NCBI GenBank assembly: GCA_965368975.1 | Contig: CBDUPA010000015.1 | Span: 108,778 to 172,777 of the forward strand | DNA: 64,000 bases | Reading direction: 5' to 3' | Source of the DNA: an uncultured bacterium | GTDB taxonomy: Bacteria; Acidobacteriota; Thermoanaerobaculia; Multivoradales; JAHZIX01 | Part shown: positions 19,449-29,206 of the stretch, piece by piece | Layout: the number at the start of each line of letters is the position of its first letter | How positions within the stretch are numbered: the first letter of the stretch is position 1 | Position numbers and translations under genes: made by a program | The notes under the pieces: model-generated | Databases searched by the model: none | Seen by the model: the letters and a program-made list of their open reading frames with translations, nothing else | What the model was told of the DNA's origin: nothing

Positions 19449-20825
19449 ATGCAAATCCTGATTCTCCTCTTCGTGCTGGCCGGCCTGGCGCTCGGCGGCT
19501 TCTACCTCGGACGCCGGCGCGCCGTGTCGCAGGTCGAGCATCCGCGGCAGCTGAACTCGCTTCCCGGGTACTACGGCTCCTACGTCCTGATGTGGTGCGC
19601 GCTGCCGGCCTTCGTCCTGCTCGCCGGCTGGGTCGCCCTGGAGCCGATGATCCTCGACCAGATGGTCCTCGCCAACCTCCCCGAGACCGTGCGCCAGCAA
19701 CAGCCCGATCGGCTGAACCTCTTCCTCAACGACGTCAAGAACACGGTCAGCGGCAATATCGTCAGCAACCGGACGCCGGAAGTAGAAGCGGCCGCCGCCC
19801 ACCTGACCCAGCTGCGCGGCATCGGCTTCGCCGCCCAGCTCACCCTGGTGCTCGGCCTGGCGCTCGCCGGCCTGTACTTCGCGTACCGCCGGGTGACACC
19901 AAAGCTGCGTGCCATGGTGCGCGTCGAGAGCGCGTTCAAGATCCTCTTGATGATCGGCTCGACAATCGCCATCTTCACCACCGTCGGCATCGTCGCTTCG
20001 CTGCTCTTCGAGGCCATCCGCTTTTTCCGCCTGGTGCCGCCCACCGAATTCCTGTTCGGCACCGAGTGGAGCCCGCAGACGGCCCTGCGCAGCGACCAGG
20101 TCGGTAGCTCCGGTGCCTTCGGTGCCATCCCGCTGTTCACGGGCACCCTGCTGGTCAGCAGCATCGCCATGGCGGTCGCCGTACCCGTGGGCCTGCTGAG
20201 CGCCATCTTCATGGCCGAGTACGCGAAACCACGGGTGCGCACCCTGGCCAAACCCCTGCTCGAGATCCTCGCCGGCATCCCGACCGTCGTCTATGGCTTC
20301 TTCGCCGCCCTCACCGTCGCACCGGCGCTGCGTGGCTTCGGCGAAACCTTGGGCTTGACTGTCGCCTCCGAGAGCGCCCTGGCCGCCGGCGGCGTCATGG
20401 GAATCATGATCATCCCCTTCGTCTCGTCGCTCTCAGACGACGTCATCACCGCCGTGCCACGGGGTCTGCGCGAAGCCTCCTACGGCCTCGGCGCGACCCA
20501 GAGCGAAACCATCCGCCACGTCATCTTCCCGGCTGCGCTGCCGGGTATCGTCGGCGGCATCCTGCTGGCGGTGTCGCGCGCCATCGGCGAGACCATGATC
20601 GTGGTGATGGCCGCCGGCCTGGCCGCCAACCTGACCGCCAACCCGCTCGAAGCCGTGACCACCGTCACCGTCCAGATCGTCACTCTGCTGGTGGGCGACC
20701 AGGAGTTCGACAGCGCCAAGACGCTGTCCGCCTTCGCCCTCGGTCTGGTGCTGTTCTTCGTCACCCTCGTCCTCAACATCATCGCGCTGCACGTGGTGCG
20801 CAAGTACCGGGAACAGTATGACTGA
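19449..20825 (+). CDS. pstC: Phosphate ABC transporter permease PstC (long N-terminal form)
   Basis: EFLFGTEWSP, KPLLEILAGIPTVVYG, REASYGLGAT and SRAIGETM. Confidence 0.95.
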   Translation: MQILILLFVLAGLALGGFYLGRRRAVSQVEHPRQLNSLPGYYGSYVLMWCALPAFVLLAGWVALEPMILDQMVLANLPETVRQQQPDRLNLFLNDVKNTVSGNIVSNRTPEVEAAAAHLTQLRGIGFAAQLTLVLGLALAGLYFAYRRVTPKLRAMVRVESAFKILLMIGSTIAIFTTVGIVASLLFEAIRFFRLVPPTEFLFGTEWSPQTALRSDQVGSSGAFGAIPLFTGTLLVSSIAMAVAVPVGLLSAIFMAEYAKPRVRTLAKPLLEILAGIPTVVYGFFAALTVAPALRGFGETLGLTVASESALAAGGVMGIMIIPFVSSLSDDVITAVPRGLREASYGLGATQSETIRHVIFPAALPGIVGGILLAVSRAIGETMIVVMAAGLAANLTANPLEAVTTVTVQIVTLLVGDQEFDSAKTLSAFALGLVLFFVTLVLNIIALHVVRKYREQYD

Positions 20826-22146
20826 GCACGCCCCCTCCTCGCTGAGCCCCCCTTCCTCCCTGAGCACGCCTTCCTCGCTGAGCACTGGCGCGGTCCAGAA
20901 ACGTCTGGGCCAGCGCTACCGTGCCGAGAAGCGCTTCCGGCTAGCCTGCGTCTCGGCCGTCGTCTTCGCCCTCTCCTTCCTGCTCCTGCTGTTCGGCAGC
21001 ATCATCTCCAAGGGTTGGACGGCGTTCCTGCAGACCCACGTGCAGGTCGAGATCTTCTTCGACCCCGACGTCATCGACCCCTACGGCGAGCGCGAACAGC
21101 AGACTCTGTCCGAAGCCAACTACGCCACGCTGGTACGCAACAGCCTCGCCGCACGCTTCGAGGTCAGCGGCCGCAGTGGACGGCGCGCCGTCTCGGCGCT
21201 GGTGAGCAGCAACTCGACCTACAAGCTGCGCGACATGGTGCTCGCCGACCCGTCGCTCCTCGGCCAAACCCGCGATATGTGGTTCCTCGCCTCGACCGAC
21301 GTCGACATGCTGACCAAGGGTCACATGGACCGCGAGCTGCCCGAAGACGAGCGCCGTCTCACCGACCAGCAGATCACGTGGGTCGACACGCTCGAGGGTG
21401 AAGGCCGGCTCGAGAAGCGCTTCAACACCGGCTTCTTCGCCCGCGCCGACTCGCGCGAACCCGAGCAGGCCGGCATCCGCGGCGCCATCGTCGGCTCCTT
21501 CTTCACCATGTTGGTGACCCTGCTGATCAGCTTCCCGCTGGCCGTCGCCACCGCCGTCTACCTGGAAGAATTCGCTCCGCGCAACCGCTGGACCGACCTG
21601 ATCGAAGTCAACATCAACAACCTGGCGGCGGTACCGTCGATCGTCTTCGGTCTTCTCGGTCTGGCGGTCTTCCTCAATGTCATGCACCTGCCGCGCTCGG
21701 CGCCGCTGGTCGGTGGCCTGGTGCTCAGCCTGATGACCCTGCCGACCATCATCATCGCCGCCCGTGCCGCGCTCAAGGCCGTGCCACCCTCGATTCGCGA
21801 AGCCGCCTACGGCCTCGGTGCCTCGCCGATGCAGGTCATGGTCCACCACGTGCTGCCCCTGGCCATGCCCGGGATCCTCACCGGCACCATCATCGGCATG
21901 GCCCAGGCCCTCGGCGAGACCGCCCCGCTGCTGATGATCGGCATGGTCGCCTTCGTCGTCGACGTCCCCGGCACGATCCTCGAAGCGTCCACCGTCCTGC
22001 CCGTGCAGGTCTACCTGTGGGCCGACCTGCCTGAGCGCGGCTTCGTCGAGCGCACCTCCGCCGCCATCATGGTGCTGCTAGGCTTCCTGATCCTGATGAA
22101 CGCGCTTGCGGTCGTCGTGAGGCGCAAGACCGAACGGCGCTGGTAA
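20818..22146 (+). CDS. pstA: Phosphate ABC transporter permease PstA (long N-terminal form)
   Basis: YLEEFA, NINNLAAVPSIVFGLLG, REAAYGLGAS and ALGETAPL; overlaps the pstC stop. Confidence 0.95.
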   Translation: MTEHAPSSLSPPSSLSTPSSLSTGAVQKRLGQRYRAEKRFRLACVSAVVFALSFLLLLFGSIISKGWTAFLQTHVQVEIFFDPDVIDPYGEREQQTLSEANYATLVRNSLAARFEVSGRSGRRAVSALVSSNSTYKLRDMVLADPSLLGQTRDMWFLASTDVDMLTKGHMDRELPEDERRLTDQQITWVDTLEGEGRLEKRFNTGFFARADSREPEQAGIRGAIVGSFFTMLVTLLISFPLAVATAVYLEEFAPRNRWTDLIEVNINNLAAVPSIVFGLLGLAVFLNVMHLPRSAPLVGGLVLSLMTLPTIIIAARAALKAVPPSIREAAYGLGASPMQVMVHHVLPLAMPGILTGTIIGMAQALGETAPLLMIGMVAFVVDVPGTILEASTVLPVQVYLWADLPERGFVERTSAAIMVLLGFLILMNALAVVVRRKTERRW

Positions 22147-22193
22147 GAACTAGCTGGCAACTCCTTCCCAAACTCCAAAGGAACCACGCTCCC

Positions 22194-22694
22194 ATGGCCG
22201 ACGAGACGCCCTTCAAGATCCTCTTCCTGTGCACCGGCAACTCCGCGCGCTCCATTCTCGGCGAGTACCTCCTGCGACGCCTGGCCCCGCGCCAGTTCGA
22301 GACCTTCAGCGCCGGCTCCAACCCCACCGGCAAGGTCAATCCCTACGCGGTGCGCGTGCTCCAAGAGCTGTACGAGATCGACGCCTCCGATGCCTCCAGC
22401 AAGTCCTGGGAGCAGTTCAAGGACGCCGGCCTGGACTTCGTCATCACCGTCTGCGACCACGCGAGCGAGACCTGCCCGATCTTCCCCGGCCAGCCGATCG
22501 TCGCCCACTGGGGCATGCCCGATCCGGCAGCTGTGACGGGCTCGGACGAAGAGATCTTCCGCGCCTTCAAACAGACCGCCAGCGAGCTCTACCGCCGGCT
22601 CGACCTCTTCTGCAACCTGCCCCTCTCGAAGCTACACCGTAAGCTCGACCGTCTGCGCCTCGAGCAGCTGACGCAAGAGATCAGCAGCAAGTAG
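22194..22694 (+). CDS. arsC: Thioredoxin-type arsenate reductase (LMW-PTP fold)
   Basis: LFLCTGNSARS, ITVCDHASETCPIFPG (three-Cys relay) and HWGMPDP. Confidence 0.88.
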   Translation: MADETPFKILFLCTGNSARSILGEYLLRRLAPRQFETFSAGSNPTGKVNPYAVRVLQELYEIDASDASSKSWEQFKDAGLDFVITVCDHASETCPIFPGQPIVAHWGMPDPAAVTGSDEEIFRAFKQTASELYRRLDLFCNLPLSKLHRKLDRLRLEQLTQEISSK

Positions 22695-22721
22695 AGGTCC
22701 CGCTCCTCCCTTTCCAGCCTC

Positions 22722-23363
22722 TCATCCCCCCGCCTCTTCGCCCCAAATCTCGCGCAGCCGCGCATCCCGCCCGCAACCCTGGCGGTAGCGCTTGTAGTGC
22801 TCCGGCTTCTTCTTGTAGAAGTCCTGGTGGTACTCCTCCGCCGGATAGAAGGTCGACGCCGGCTCGATCTCGGTCACCACGCGATCGACGATGCCGGCGT
22901 CCAAGATCGCCTGCCGGGTCGACTCGGCGAGGCGCTTCTCGTCCTCGTCGCCGTAGTAGATCGCCGTCCGATACTGGCTGCCTCGATCGCAGAACTGGCG
23001 GTTGGTGACCGTCGGGTCGATGTTGCGCCAGAAAACGTGGAGCAACCGCTCATAGCTGATCTTGGACGGATCGTAGACGATCTCGATCGCCTCCGCGTGA
23101 CTGGTGCGGCCATACGAGACTTGCTCGTACGTCGGGTCCTTTTCGCTGCCGCCGGTGTAACCCGACGTCGTCGAGAGAACACCATCGAGCTTGTCGAAAG
23201 GCGGTTCCATGCACCAGAAGCAGCCACCGGCGAAGATAGCGCGCGCGGTGCCGTCCGGAATCAAAGCCTCGTCAGCGGTCGTGACCGACGGCCGGAGGGT
23301 CAACATCAGCACCGCGAGCAGCGTCACGGACGCGAGGACGAGAACGAAACCAGCTTTGCGCAT
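22722..23363 (-). CDS. msrA: Peptide-methionine (S)-S-oxide reductase with an N-terminal signal/anchor
   Basis: FAGGCFWC, SGYTGG, QFCDRGSQYRTAIY and AEEYHQDFY; hydrophobic N-terminus from ATG 23363. Confidence 0.95.
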   Translation of the reverse strand: MRKAGFVLVLASVTLLAVLMLTLRPSVTTADEALIPDGTARAIFAGGCFWCMEPPFDKLDGVLSTTSGYTGGSEKDPTYEQVSYGRTSHAEAIEIVYDPSKISYERLLHVFWRNIDPTVTNRQFCDRGSQYRTAIYYGDEDEKRLAESTRQAILDAGIVDRVVTEIEPASTFYPAEEYHQDFYKKKPEHYKRYRQGCGRDARLREIWGEEAGG

Positions 23364-23487
23364 CGAGAGTCTCCCAACTTGGACAGGAACAGCGAGTGAC
23401 AAGGGGCGAAGCAACGCGCCCTATACTGGACGCCTACTCAGGCTTACGAATAGCAACTCCTTTTGGATGACCCGCGAGGAAACCACC

Positions 23488-24048
23488 ATGACGCGTACCT
23501 GGCCACTCCTGCTCCTTCTGCTACCCATGATCACTCCGCCCTCGCTCACCGCTCAAGAGCCCCCCGTCGAAGAGAATCCCGCCGAGCGCACCATCCACGT
23601 CCCCCGAGGCTGGGAAGGTGCCTACAAGTTCGGCTACGCACCGGTGATCCGCGTCGGCGAAACGGTGATCCTCTCCGGCGTCGCGGCCGGTGGCGAGGGT
23701 ACCTACGAAGAACGCCTACGTGGCATGTACCAACGTGCGCAGGAGTTGCTGGAGGCCGCGGGTGCCACGTTGGAAGATGTCGTTGAACTGACCAGCTTCC
23801 ATTCCGTGCCCAAGAACCCGGACGAGTTCCACGCCGAGTTCGATCGTTTCATGCCCGTCCACAAAGAGTTCTTCCCTGAGCACCCCCCCGCCTGGTCGGC
23901 CGTCGGCGTCACTACGCTGTTGTCGCGCACGGCGGTGGTCGAGGTGCGGTTCGTGGCGGTGATTGGGTCGGGGGAGAACAGCAAGGTCGAGTTCGAGGCG
24001 CCACCGGAGGACCCGGAGAGCGAAGAAGCTGAAGGCGCAGGCCAGTAG
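23488..24048 (+). CDS. Rid (YjgF/YER057c/UK114) family protein with signal peptide
   Basis: YAPVIRVGETVILSGV, LEAAGATLEDVVELTSFH and PPAWSAVGV...VEVRFVA; GAGG RBS before ATG 23488. Confidence 0.8.
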   Translation: MTRTWPLLLLLLPMITPPSLTAQEPPVEENPAERTIHVPRGWEGAYKFGYAPVIRVGETVILSGVAAGGEGTYEERLRGMYQRAQELLEAAGATLEDVVELTSFHSVPKNPDEFHAEFDRFMPVHKEFFPEHPPAWSAVGVTTLLSRTAVVEVRFVAVIGSGENSKVEFEAPPEDPESEEAEGAGQ

Positions 24049-24053
24049 CAATA

Positions 24054-24094
24054 CGCCACTTGGCATTGATCGCGATGCCATTTGGCGCTATCCT
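24054..24094 (+). promoter_or_regulatory. Promoter with overlapping palindromic operator boxes for the toxin-antitoxin operon
   Basis: TTGATC(24066)-17 nt-TATCCT(24089); boxes CGCCACTTGGCA (24054-24065) and TGCCATTTGGCG (24076-24087) are each near-palindromic and near-inverted copies of each other; AGGAGG RBS follows. Confidence 0.65.
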
Positions 24095-24112
24095 GAGGTC
24101 AGGAGGTTCGAA

Positions 24113-24541
24113 ATGGCTACGCTGCCTATCGTCCAGACTCTGGGAGGCACCCAACTCATCGGTCCGATCTCGGATGCAGTCGACATGGCTCGACGCGTCC
24201 GAAGCGGCTTGCCTTGGGCCTGTCTCGAGTTCGTCAGTTCCACGCTGCACCTCAAGCAGGTCGACTTCGCGAACCTCTTGCACATCACTCCCAGGACGCT
24301 CAGCCGGCGCAAAGTCGAAGGCAAGCTAGAGGCGACCGAATCCGACCGCCTCTTCCGAGTCGCACGCGTGCTGGCTCACGCGGAGGATGTCTTCAACTCG
24401 CCGGACAAGGCCCGTGACTGGCTCGCCTCCGAGAACCGGGCCCTGGCCGGTCAAAGACCCCTGCAGTTGCTCGATACCGATGCCGGAACGCAAGAAGTCG
24501 AGAACGTCCTCGGTCGAATCGAGCACGGCATCTTCGGCTGA
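24113..24541 (+). CDS. Xre/MbcA/ParS-type antitoxin
   Basis: VRSGLP, HTH-like ITPRTLSRRK, ESDRLFRVARV, WLASENRALAGQRPLQLLDT and GRIEHG; overlaps the toxin start (TGATG). Confidence 0.92.
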   Translation: MATLPIVQTLGGTQLIGPISDAVDMARRVRSGLPWACLEFVSSTLHLKQVDFANLLHITPRTLSRRKVEGKLEATESDRLFRVARVLAHAEDVFNSPDKARDWLASENRALAGQRPLQLLDTDAGTQEVENVLGRIEHGIFG

Positions 24542-25035
24542 TGCGTGTGTATCGGCTGTGCAAAGCGCGCTGGGCTGCAACGGCTTTCTCCGGCGAGGGC
24601 AGCATGCGCTACGACGGCCGCTGGCACTTCGCGGGTGTGCCGATGGTCTACACCGCCTCCAGCCAGGCGCTAGCCGCCTTGGAAATCTTGGTCCACATGG
24701 AGATCCGTCATGCACCCACGGACTTCGTGGTGATCCGGGCCGAGTTGCCTGCCAAGTTCGCCAAGCCGCTCAAGAGGCTTCCCAAGAATTGGGACCGTCT
24801 TCCACCAACGGAGGTCTCACAACAGGTCGGCACAGACTGGCTCAAGTCTGGTACTTCTCTCGGTCTGCGGGTACCCTCCGTTGTTATCCCAAGTGAGACG
24901 AATATCCTGCTCAACCCACTGCACCCCGACTTCCCGAGGATCAAGCTTCATGATCCACAGCCGTTCTCGTTCGATCCTCGGCTCTTGGAACGGCCCGCGC
25001 CCACAATGGACGCAGGAAAGCCTTCGCGTCGATGA
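24541..25035 (+). CDS. RES-domain toxin (NAD+-consuming family)
   Basis: VYRL, FSGEG...GRW, VYTASSQALAALE, LRVPSVV and NILLNPLH. Confidence 0.93.
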   Translation: MRVYRLCKARWAATAFSGEGSMRYDGRWHFAGVPMVYTASSQALAALEILVHMEIRHAPTDFVVIRAELPAKFAKPLKRLPKNWDRLPPTEVSQQVGTDWLKSGTSLGLRVPSVVIPSETNILLNPLHPDFPRIKLHDPQPFSFDPRLLERPAPTMDAGKPSRR

Positions 25036-25190
25036 ATTCGGCGGTCCTGACATCCTGCGCTACGAAGACGTCCCGGCTCCCACCCCCTCCACCGGCGAAG
25101 TCCTCGTCGGCGTCCACGCCGCCGGCCTCGTCGAGGCGGTGGGAGACGGCGTGCTGGGTGTGTCGACGGGCGGTCGCGTCTATCCGCCAG
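25017..25190 (+). pseudogene. Remnant of an NADPH:quinone oxidoreductase (MDR family) N-terminus
   Basis: RVDEFGGPDILRYEDVPAPTPSTGEVLVGVHAAG joined directly to LVEAVGDGV...GGRVY; no start codon, internal deletion, and no C-terminal domains. Confidence 0.7.
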
Positions 25191-25371
25191 GGGCGGCCGC
25201 ACGGAGCCGCCGGCAACCGGGGGCCGGAAACGGAACCGGATCTCCGTTGCAGGAGGAACTCCCCACCCCACCCAGGTATTGCCTCGACTGCCAAAGTGTT
25301 CTAGAACTACCTTCATACGCAATAGCCACCCCACCGCCCACCTCGACGAAGGCGGTCCGCGAGGAGACGAG

Positions 25372-26748
25372 ATGCTCGAAGACCTGACCCGCTACACCCG
25401 CGTGCTCGAAATCATCGGCGACATGATCCGGGTGCAGGCCAAGGACGTGCCGGTGAAGACGCTGGCGGTGGTGCAGAACGTAGACGGTGAGGTATCACTG
25501 GCACGCGTGATCGAACTCGACGGCGACATGGTGAGCCTGCAGGTCTTCGCGGGCGGCAAGGGGCTGTCGACGGAGGCGCGGGTGCGCTTCCTGGGCGAGC
25601 CGCTGCAGGTGACGTACTCACCCAACATCCTGGGACGCATCTTCCGCGGCTCGGGCGAGGCGATCGACGGCGGACCGGATCTCTCGGCAGACCCAAAGAT
25701 CGACGTCGCGGGACCGACCGTCAACCCGATGATGCGCGTGATGCCGGCGAAGATGATCGAGACCAAGGTACCGATGATCGACGTCTTCAACTGCCTGGTG
25801 GAGAGCCAGAAGATCCCGATCTTCTCCGTCGCCGGTGAGCCCTACAACGAGTTGCTGGCGCGCATTGGCTTCCAGGCGGATGCGGATGTCGTCGTCTTCG
25901 GTGGTCTGGGCCTGATCTTCGACGACTACCACTTCTTCCGTACCGCCTTCGAAGAGCACGGCGTGTTCCACCGCACGGTCATGTTCGTCAACCTGGCATC
26001 GGACCCAATCGTCGAGCGCTTGATGGTTCCGGACCTCGCGCTGGCGGTGGCCGAGAAGTACGCGGTGGAAGAGGGCAAGCGGGTGCTGGTGCTGCTCACC
26101 GACATGACCGCCTACGCCGATGCGATGAAAGAGATCGGTGTGTCACTCGAACACATCCCGGCAACACGCGGCTACATGGGCGACCTCTACACGCAGCTGG
26201 CGTCGCGCTACGAGAAAGCGTGTGACTTCAAGGGCGCCGGCTCGGTGACCATCCTGACCGTCACCACCATGCCGGGCAACGACGTCACCCACCCGGTGCC
26301 GGACAACACCGGCTACATCACCGAGGGGCAGTTCTACCTCCAGGATCGCATGATCAACCCCTTCGGCTCGCTGTCGCGCCTGAAGCAGCACGTGATCGGC
26401 TCCGTCACGCGCGAGGATCACTCGCAGGTGATGAACACCATGATCCGGCTCTATGCCGGCGGCGTCGAAGCCGAGAAGAAGCAGGCGATGGCCTTCGACC
26501 TCTCTGCCTTCGACGACAAGCTGCTGCGCTTCTCGGACCTGTTCCGCGAGCGCTTCATGGACATCGAGGTGTCGCTGCCGCTCAACGACGCGCTCGACCT
26601 GTGCTGGCAGACGCTGGCGGAGTGCTTCGAGCCACAGGAGTTGCTGATGAAGCAGCACCTGATCGACAAGTTCTTCCCCAACCGCGATGCATCGAACCGC
26701 GACGATGACGCCAGCGGTGAGGTCACGGCCGCAGAGGACGCCGCCTGA
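25372..26748 (+). CDS. atpB: V/A-type ATP synthase subunit B
   Basis: SQKIPIFS, LTDMTAYADA, RGYMGDLY, THPVPDNTGYITEGQ and SLSRLK; GAGGAG RBS before ATG 25372. Confidence 0.95.
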   Translation: MLEDLTRYTRVLEIIGDMIRVQAKDVPVKTLAVVQNVDGEVSLARVIELDGDMVSLQVFAGGKGLSTEARVRFLGEPLQVTYSPNILGRIFRGSGEAIDGGPDLSADPKIDVAGPTVNPMMRVMPAKMIETKVPMIDVFNCLVESQKIPIFSVAGEPYNELLARIGFQADADVVVFGGLGLIFDDYHFFRTAFEEHGVFHRTVMFVNLASDPIVERLMVPDLALAVAEKYAVEEGKRVLVLLTDMTAYADAMKEIGVSLEHIPATRGYMGDLYTQLASRYEKACDFKGAGSVTILTVTTMPGNDVTHPVPDNTGYITEGQFYLQDRMINPFGSLSRLKQHVIGSVTREDHSQVMNTMIRLYAGGVEAEKKQAMAFDLSAFDDKLLRFSDLFRERFMDIEVSLPLNDALDLCWQTLAECFEPQELLMKQHLIDKFFPNRDASNRDDDASGEVTAAEDAA

Positions 26749-27422
26749 TGGCCAAGCTGGCGCTCAACAAGAGTACGCTGCACAAGCGGCGCGAGCAGCT
26801 GAAGCTGTATCGCCGCGTGCTGCCGTCGCTCGACCTGAAGCGCCAGCAATTGACCGCCGAGTTGAACCGCATGAAGGCCGAAGAAGAAACCCTGCGCAAA
26901 GAGTTCGACGCCACCCTCTTCGACGCCGGCGAACGCCTGCCGATGCTGGCGGACACGACGATGGACCTGCAAGGACTGCTGAAGGTCGAGGCGGTGGAAT
27001 TGAGCGAGGAGAACCTGCTCGGCGTCAAGCTGCCACGGCTCGACCGGCTGCAGACGCGGGTACGGGATTACTCGCTGCTGGCCAAGCCGCATTGGGTCGA
27101 CGTGGTGGTCGACCGCATGCGCCAGGCAGCGGAGTTGCAGCTGCGGTTGGAAGTGGCGGCCGAGCGGGTGCGGCGCACGGACCACGCGGTGCGGCGACTG
27201 ACCCAGCGGGTCAACCTGTTCGACAAGGTGCTGATCCCCCAGGCCCAGGACGACATCCAGCGCATCCGCATCTTCCTCGGCGACCTCGAGCGCGCCGCGG
27301 TCGTGCGCTCCAAGCTGGCCAAGAGCAAGTACCACAAGATGACAGCCCAACGGCAGGTCCAGCGCCAAGGCCACGAGCCGGGACGCGGAGACGGCGCCGA
27401 AGCGGCGGGGGGTGCGGCATGA
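26748..27422 (+). CDS. atpD: V/A-type ATP synthase subunit D
   Basis: LALNKSTL...LPSLDLKRQQL and TQRVNLFDKVLIP. Confidence 0.93.
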   Translation: MAKLALNKSTLHKRREQLKLYRRVLPSLDLKRQQLTAELNRMKAEEETLRKEFDATLFDAGERLPMLADTTMDLQGLLKVEAVELSEENLLGVKLPRLDRLQTRVRDYSLLAKPHWVDVVVDRMRQAAELQLRLEVAAERVRRTDHAVRRLTQRVNLFDKVLIPQAQDDIQRIRIFLGDLERAAVVRSKLAKSKYHKMTAQRQVQRQGHEPGRGDGAEAAGGAA

Positions 27423-29206
27423 TCGTGCCCTTGGTGCGCGTCACCTTCTACGGCCTGCTGGGCGAGAAGGCGCAGGTGCTCGAAGAACTTCAGGCCCAGG
27501 GCTGCTTGCACCTGCTGCCGCTGCGCGCGGGTGCCGAGGGCGAAGAGGCCGAACTGGCGATCGCGCAGGAGGTGCGCGACTCGCTGCAGTTCCTGCTCGC
27601 CTCGCCACTCAAGCGCCAGCAACGGCACGACCCCGAGCAGTTCGATGCCGCTCGTGTCCAGCGCCACGCGTTGGAAACCCAGGCCAAAATGCGCGAGCTG
27701 GAGGACCGCCGCGACTTCCTGCGCCGGCGTATCCGCGACCTCGAACCCTGGGGCGATTTCACCTTCCCGCCGCGCGACCGACTGCGCCAACAGCGACTGT
27801 GGTTCTACATCGTGCCGCACTACCTGATGCCGCGTGTCGCCGAGACGGAGCTGGTGTGGCAGACCGTGCACCGCGACACGCGCCACTGCTATGTCGTGGT
27901 CCTGGCCGAGGATGTGCCGCAGGGAATGCCGGTCGAGCGCACGCGCACCGGCGACCGGCCGCTGTCCGAACTGCGTCGCCGGCTGGAGCGCGTCGAGAGC
28001 GAGCTCGAAGACCAGCAGGTCGAGCGCTGGCGTCTGACCTGCTGGCTCGACCAGCTCGCCGGCTCGATGCACCGGCTGGAGAACCGCGCCGCGCGCGACC
28101 TGGCCGCCACCCGGACGCACGACACGGACCCGCTCTTCGTGCTGCAAGCGTGGGCCCCCAAGGACCACCTCGACGATCTGCGCACCTACGCAGAAACCAA
28201 GGGCCTGGCGCTGGTGACCGAAGAACCGAACGACGAGGATGCCCCACCGACGCTGCTGCGCAACCCGACCTTGGTGCGCGGTGGCCAGGATCTGGTGTCC
28301 TTCTACTCGACGCCCAGCTACGATCTTTGGGACCCGTCGCCCGTCGTCTTCTTCTCGTTCGCCGTCTTCTTCGCCATGATTCTGTCCGACGCTGGCTACG
28401 CGCTGCTGCTCGGCCTGCCGCTGCTGTTCAAGTGGAAGGCGATGGGCACGACGCCGGTGCGCCGCGGTCTGCGCAACCTGTGGCTGACACTCACCGCCAC
28501 CTCGGCTGCCTGGGGCATCGCGGTAGGCAGCTACTTCGGCCTGGCACCGCCCGAAGGCGGCCCACTGGCCAGCGTCAACCTGCTCGATGTGCGCGACAGC
28601 ACAACCATGATGAAGCTCTCCGTCGCCGTTGGCCTGCTGCACGTCGCCTTCGCCAACGCGGTGGGTGTATGGCGGCTGCGTCGCTCGGCGGCAATGCTGG
28701 TGCCCCTGGGCTGGCTGGTGATCCTGCTCACCGCCGGCTTCTGGGGCCTCTCCCACGGTACCGTGCTGGCCGCGCAGGGAGCGCTCGTGGGCCCCTGGGG
28801 CCTGGCAGCCGGCGGTACGCTGGTCCTGTTGTTCAGCGGCTTGGGGGCCAAGCCCTTCGGGCGCCTGTTCCAGGGCCTGATCGGCGTCTACCGGGTGACC
28901 AACGCTTTCGGCGACGTGCTCAGCTACCTGCGCCTGTTCGCCCTCGGGTTGGCCAGTGCATCGCTGGCCACCGCCTTCAACGACCTGGCCCGTCAGGTCG
29001 CCGAGGACATGCCAGCCTTCGGCATGCTGCTGGCCCTGATCGTGCTGCTCTTCGGTCACGGTCTCAACTTCCTGCTCGCCGTGGTCAGCGGCTTCGTGCA
29101 TGGCCTGCGGCTCAACTTCATCGAATTCTTCAACTGGGGTGTGCCCGAAGAGGGCCGCCCGTTCCGCGCTTTCGCCAAGAAGGAGGCAGTCCAGTGGAAT
29201 CCATGA
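27419..29206 (+). CDS. atpI: V/A-type ATP synthase subunit I (a)
   Basis: ATG at 27419 (ATGA overlap); PPTLLRN, FFAMILSDAGY, DVLSYLRLFALGL and HGLRLNFIEFF. Confidence 0.93.
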   Translation: MIVPLVRVTFYGLLGEKAQVLEELQAQGCLHLLPLRAGAEGEEAELAIAQEVRDSLQFLLASPLKRQQRHDPEQFDAARVQRHALETQAKMRELEDRRDFLRRRIRDLEPWGDFTFPPRDRLRQQRLWFYIVPHYLMPRVAETELVWQTVHRDTRHCYVVVLAEDVPQGMPVERTRTGDRPLSELRRRLERVESELEDQQVERWRLTCWLDQLAGSMHRLENRAARDLAATRTHDTDPLFVLQAWAPKDHLDDLRTYAETKGLALVTEEPNDEDAPPTLLRNPTLVRGGQDLVSFYSTPSYDLWDPSPVVFFSFAVFFAMILSDAGYALLLGLPLLFKWKAMGTTPVRRGLRNLWLTLTATSAAWGIAVGSYFGLAPPEGGPLASVNLLDVRDSTTMMKLSVAVGLLHVAFANAVGVWRLRRSAAMLVPLGWLVILLTAGFWGLSHGTVLAAQGALVGPWGLAAGGTLVLLFSGLGAKPFGRLFQGLIGVYRVTNAFGDVLSYLRLFALGLASASLATAFNDLARQVAEDMPAFGMLLALIVLLFGHGLNFLLAVVSGFVHGLRLNFIEFFNWGVPEEGRPFRAFAKKEAVQWNP

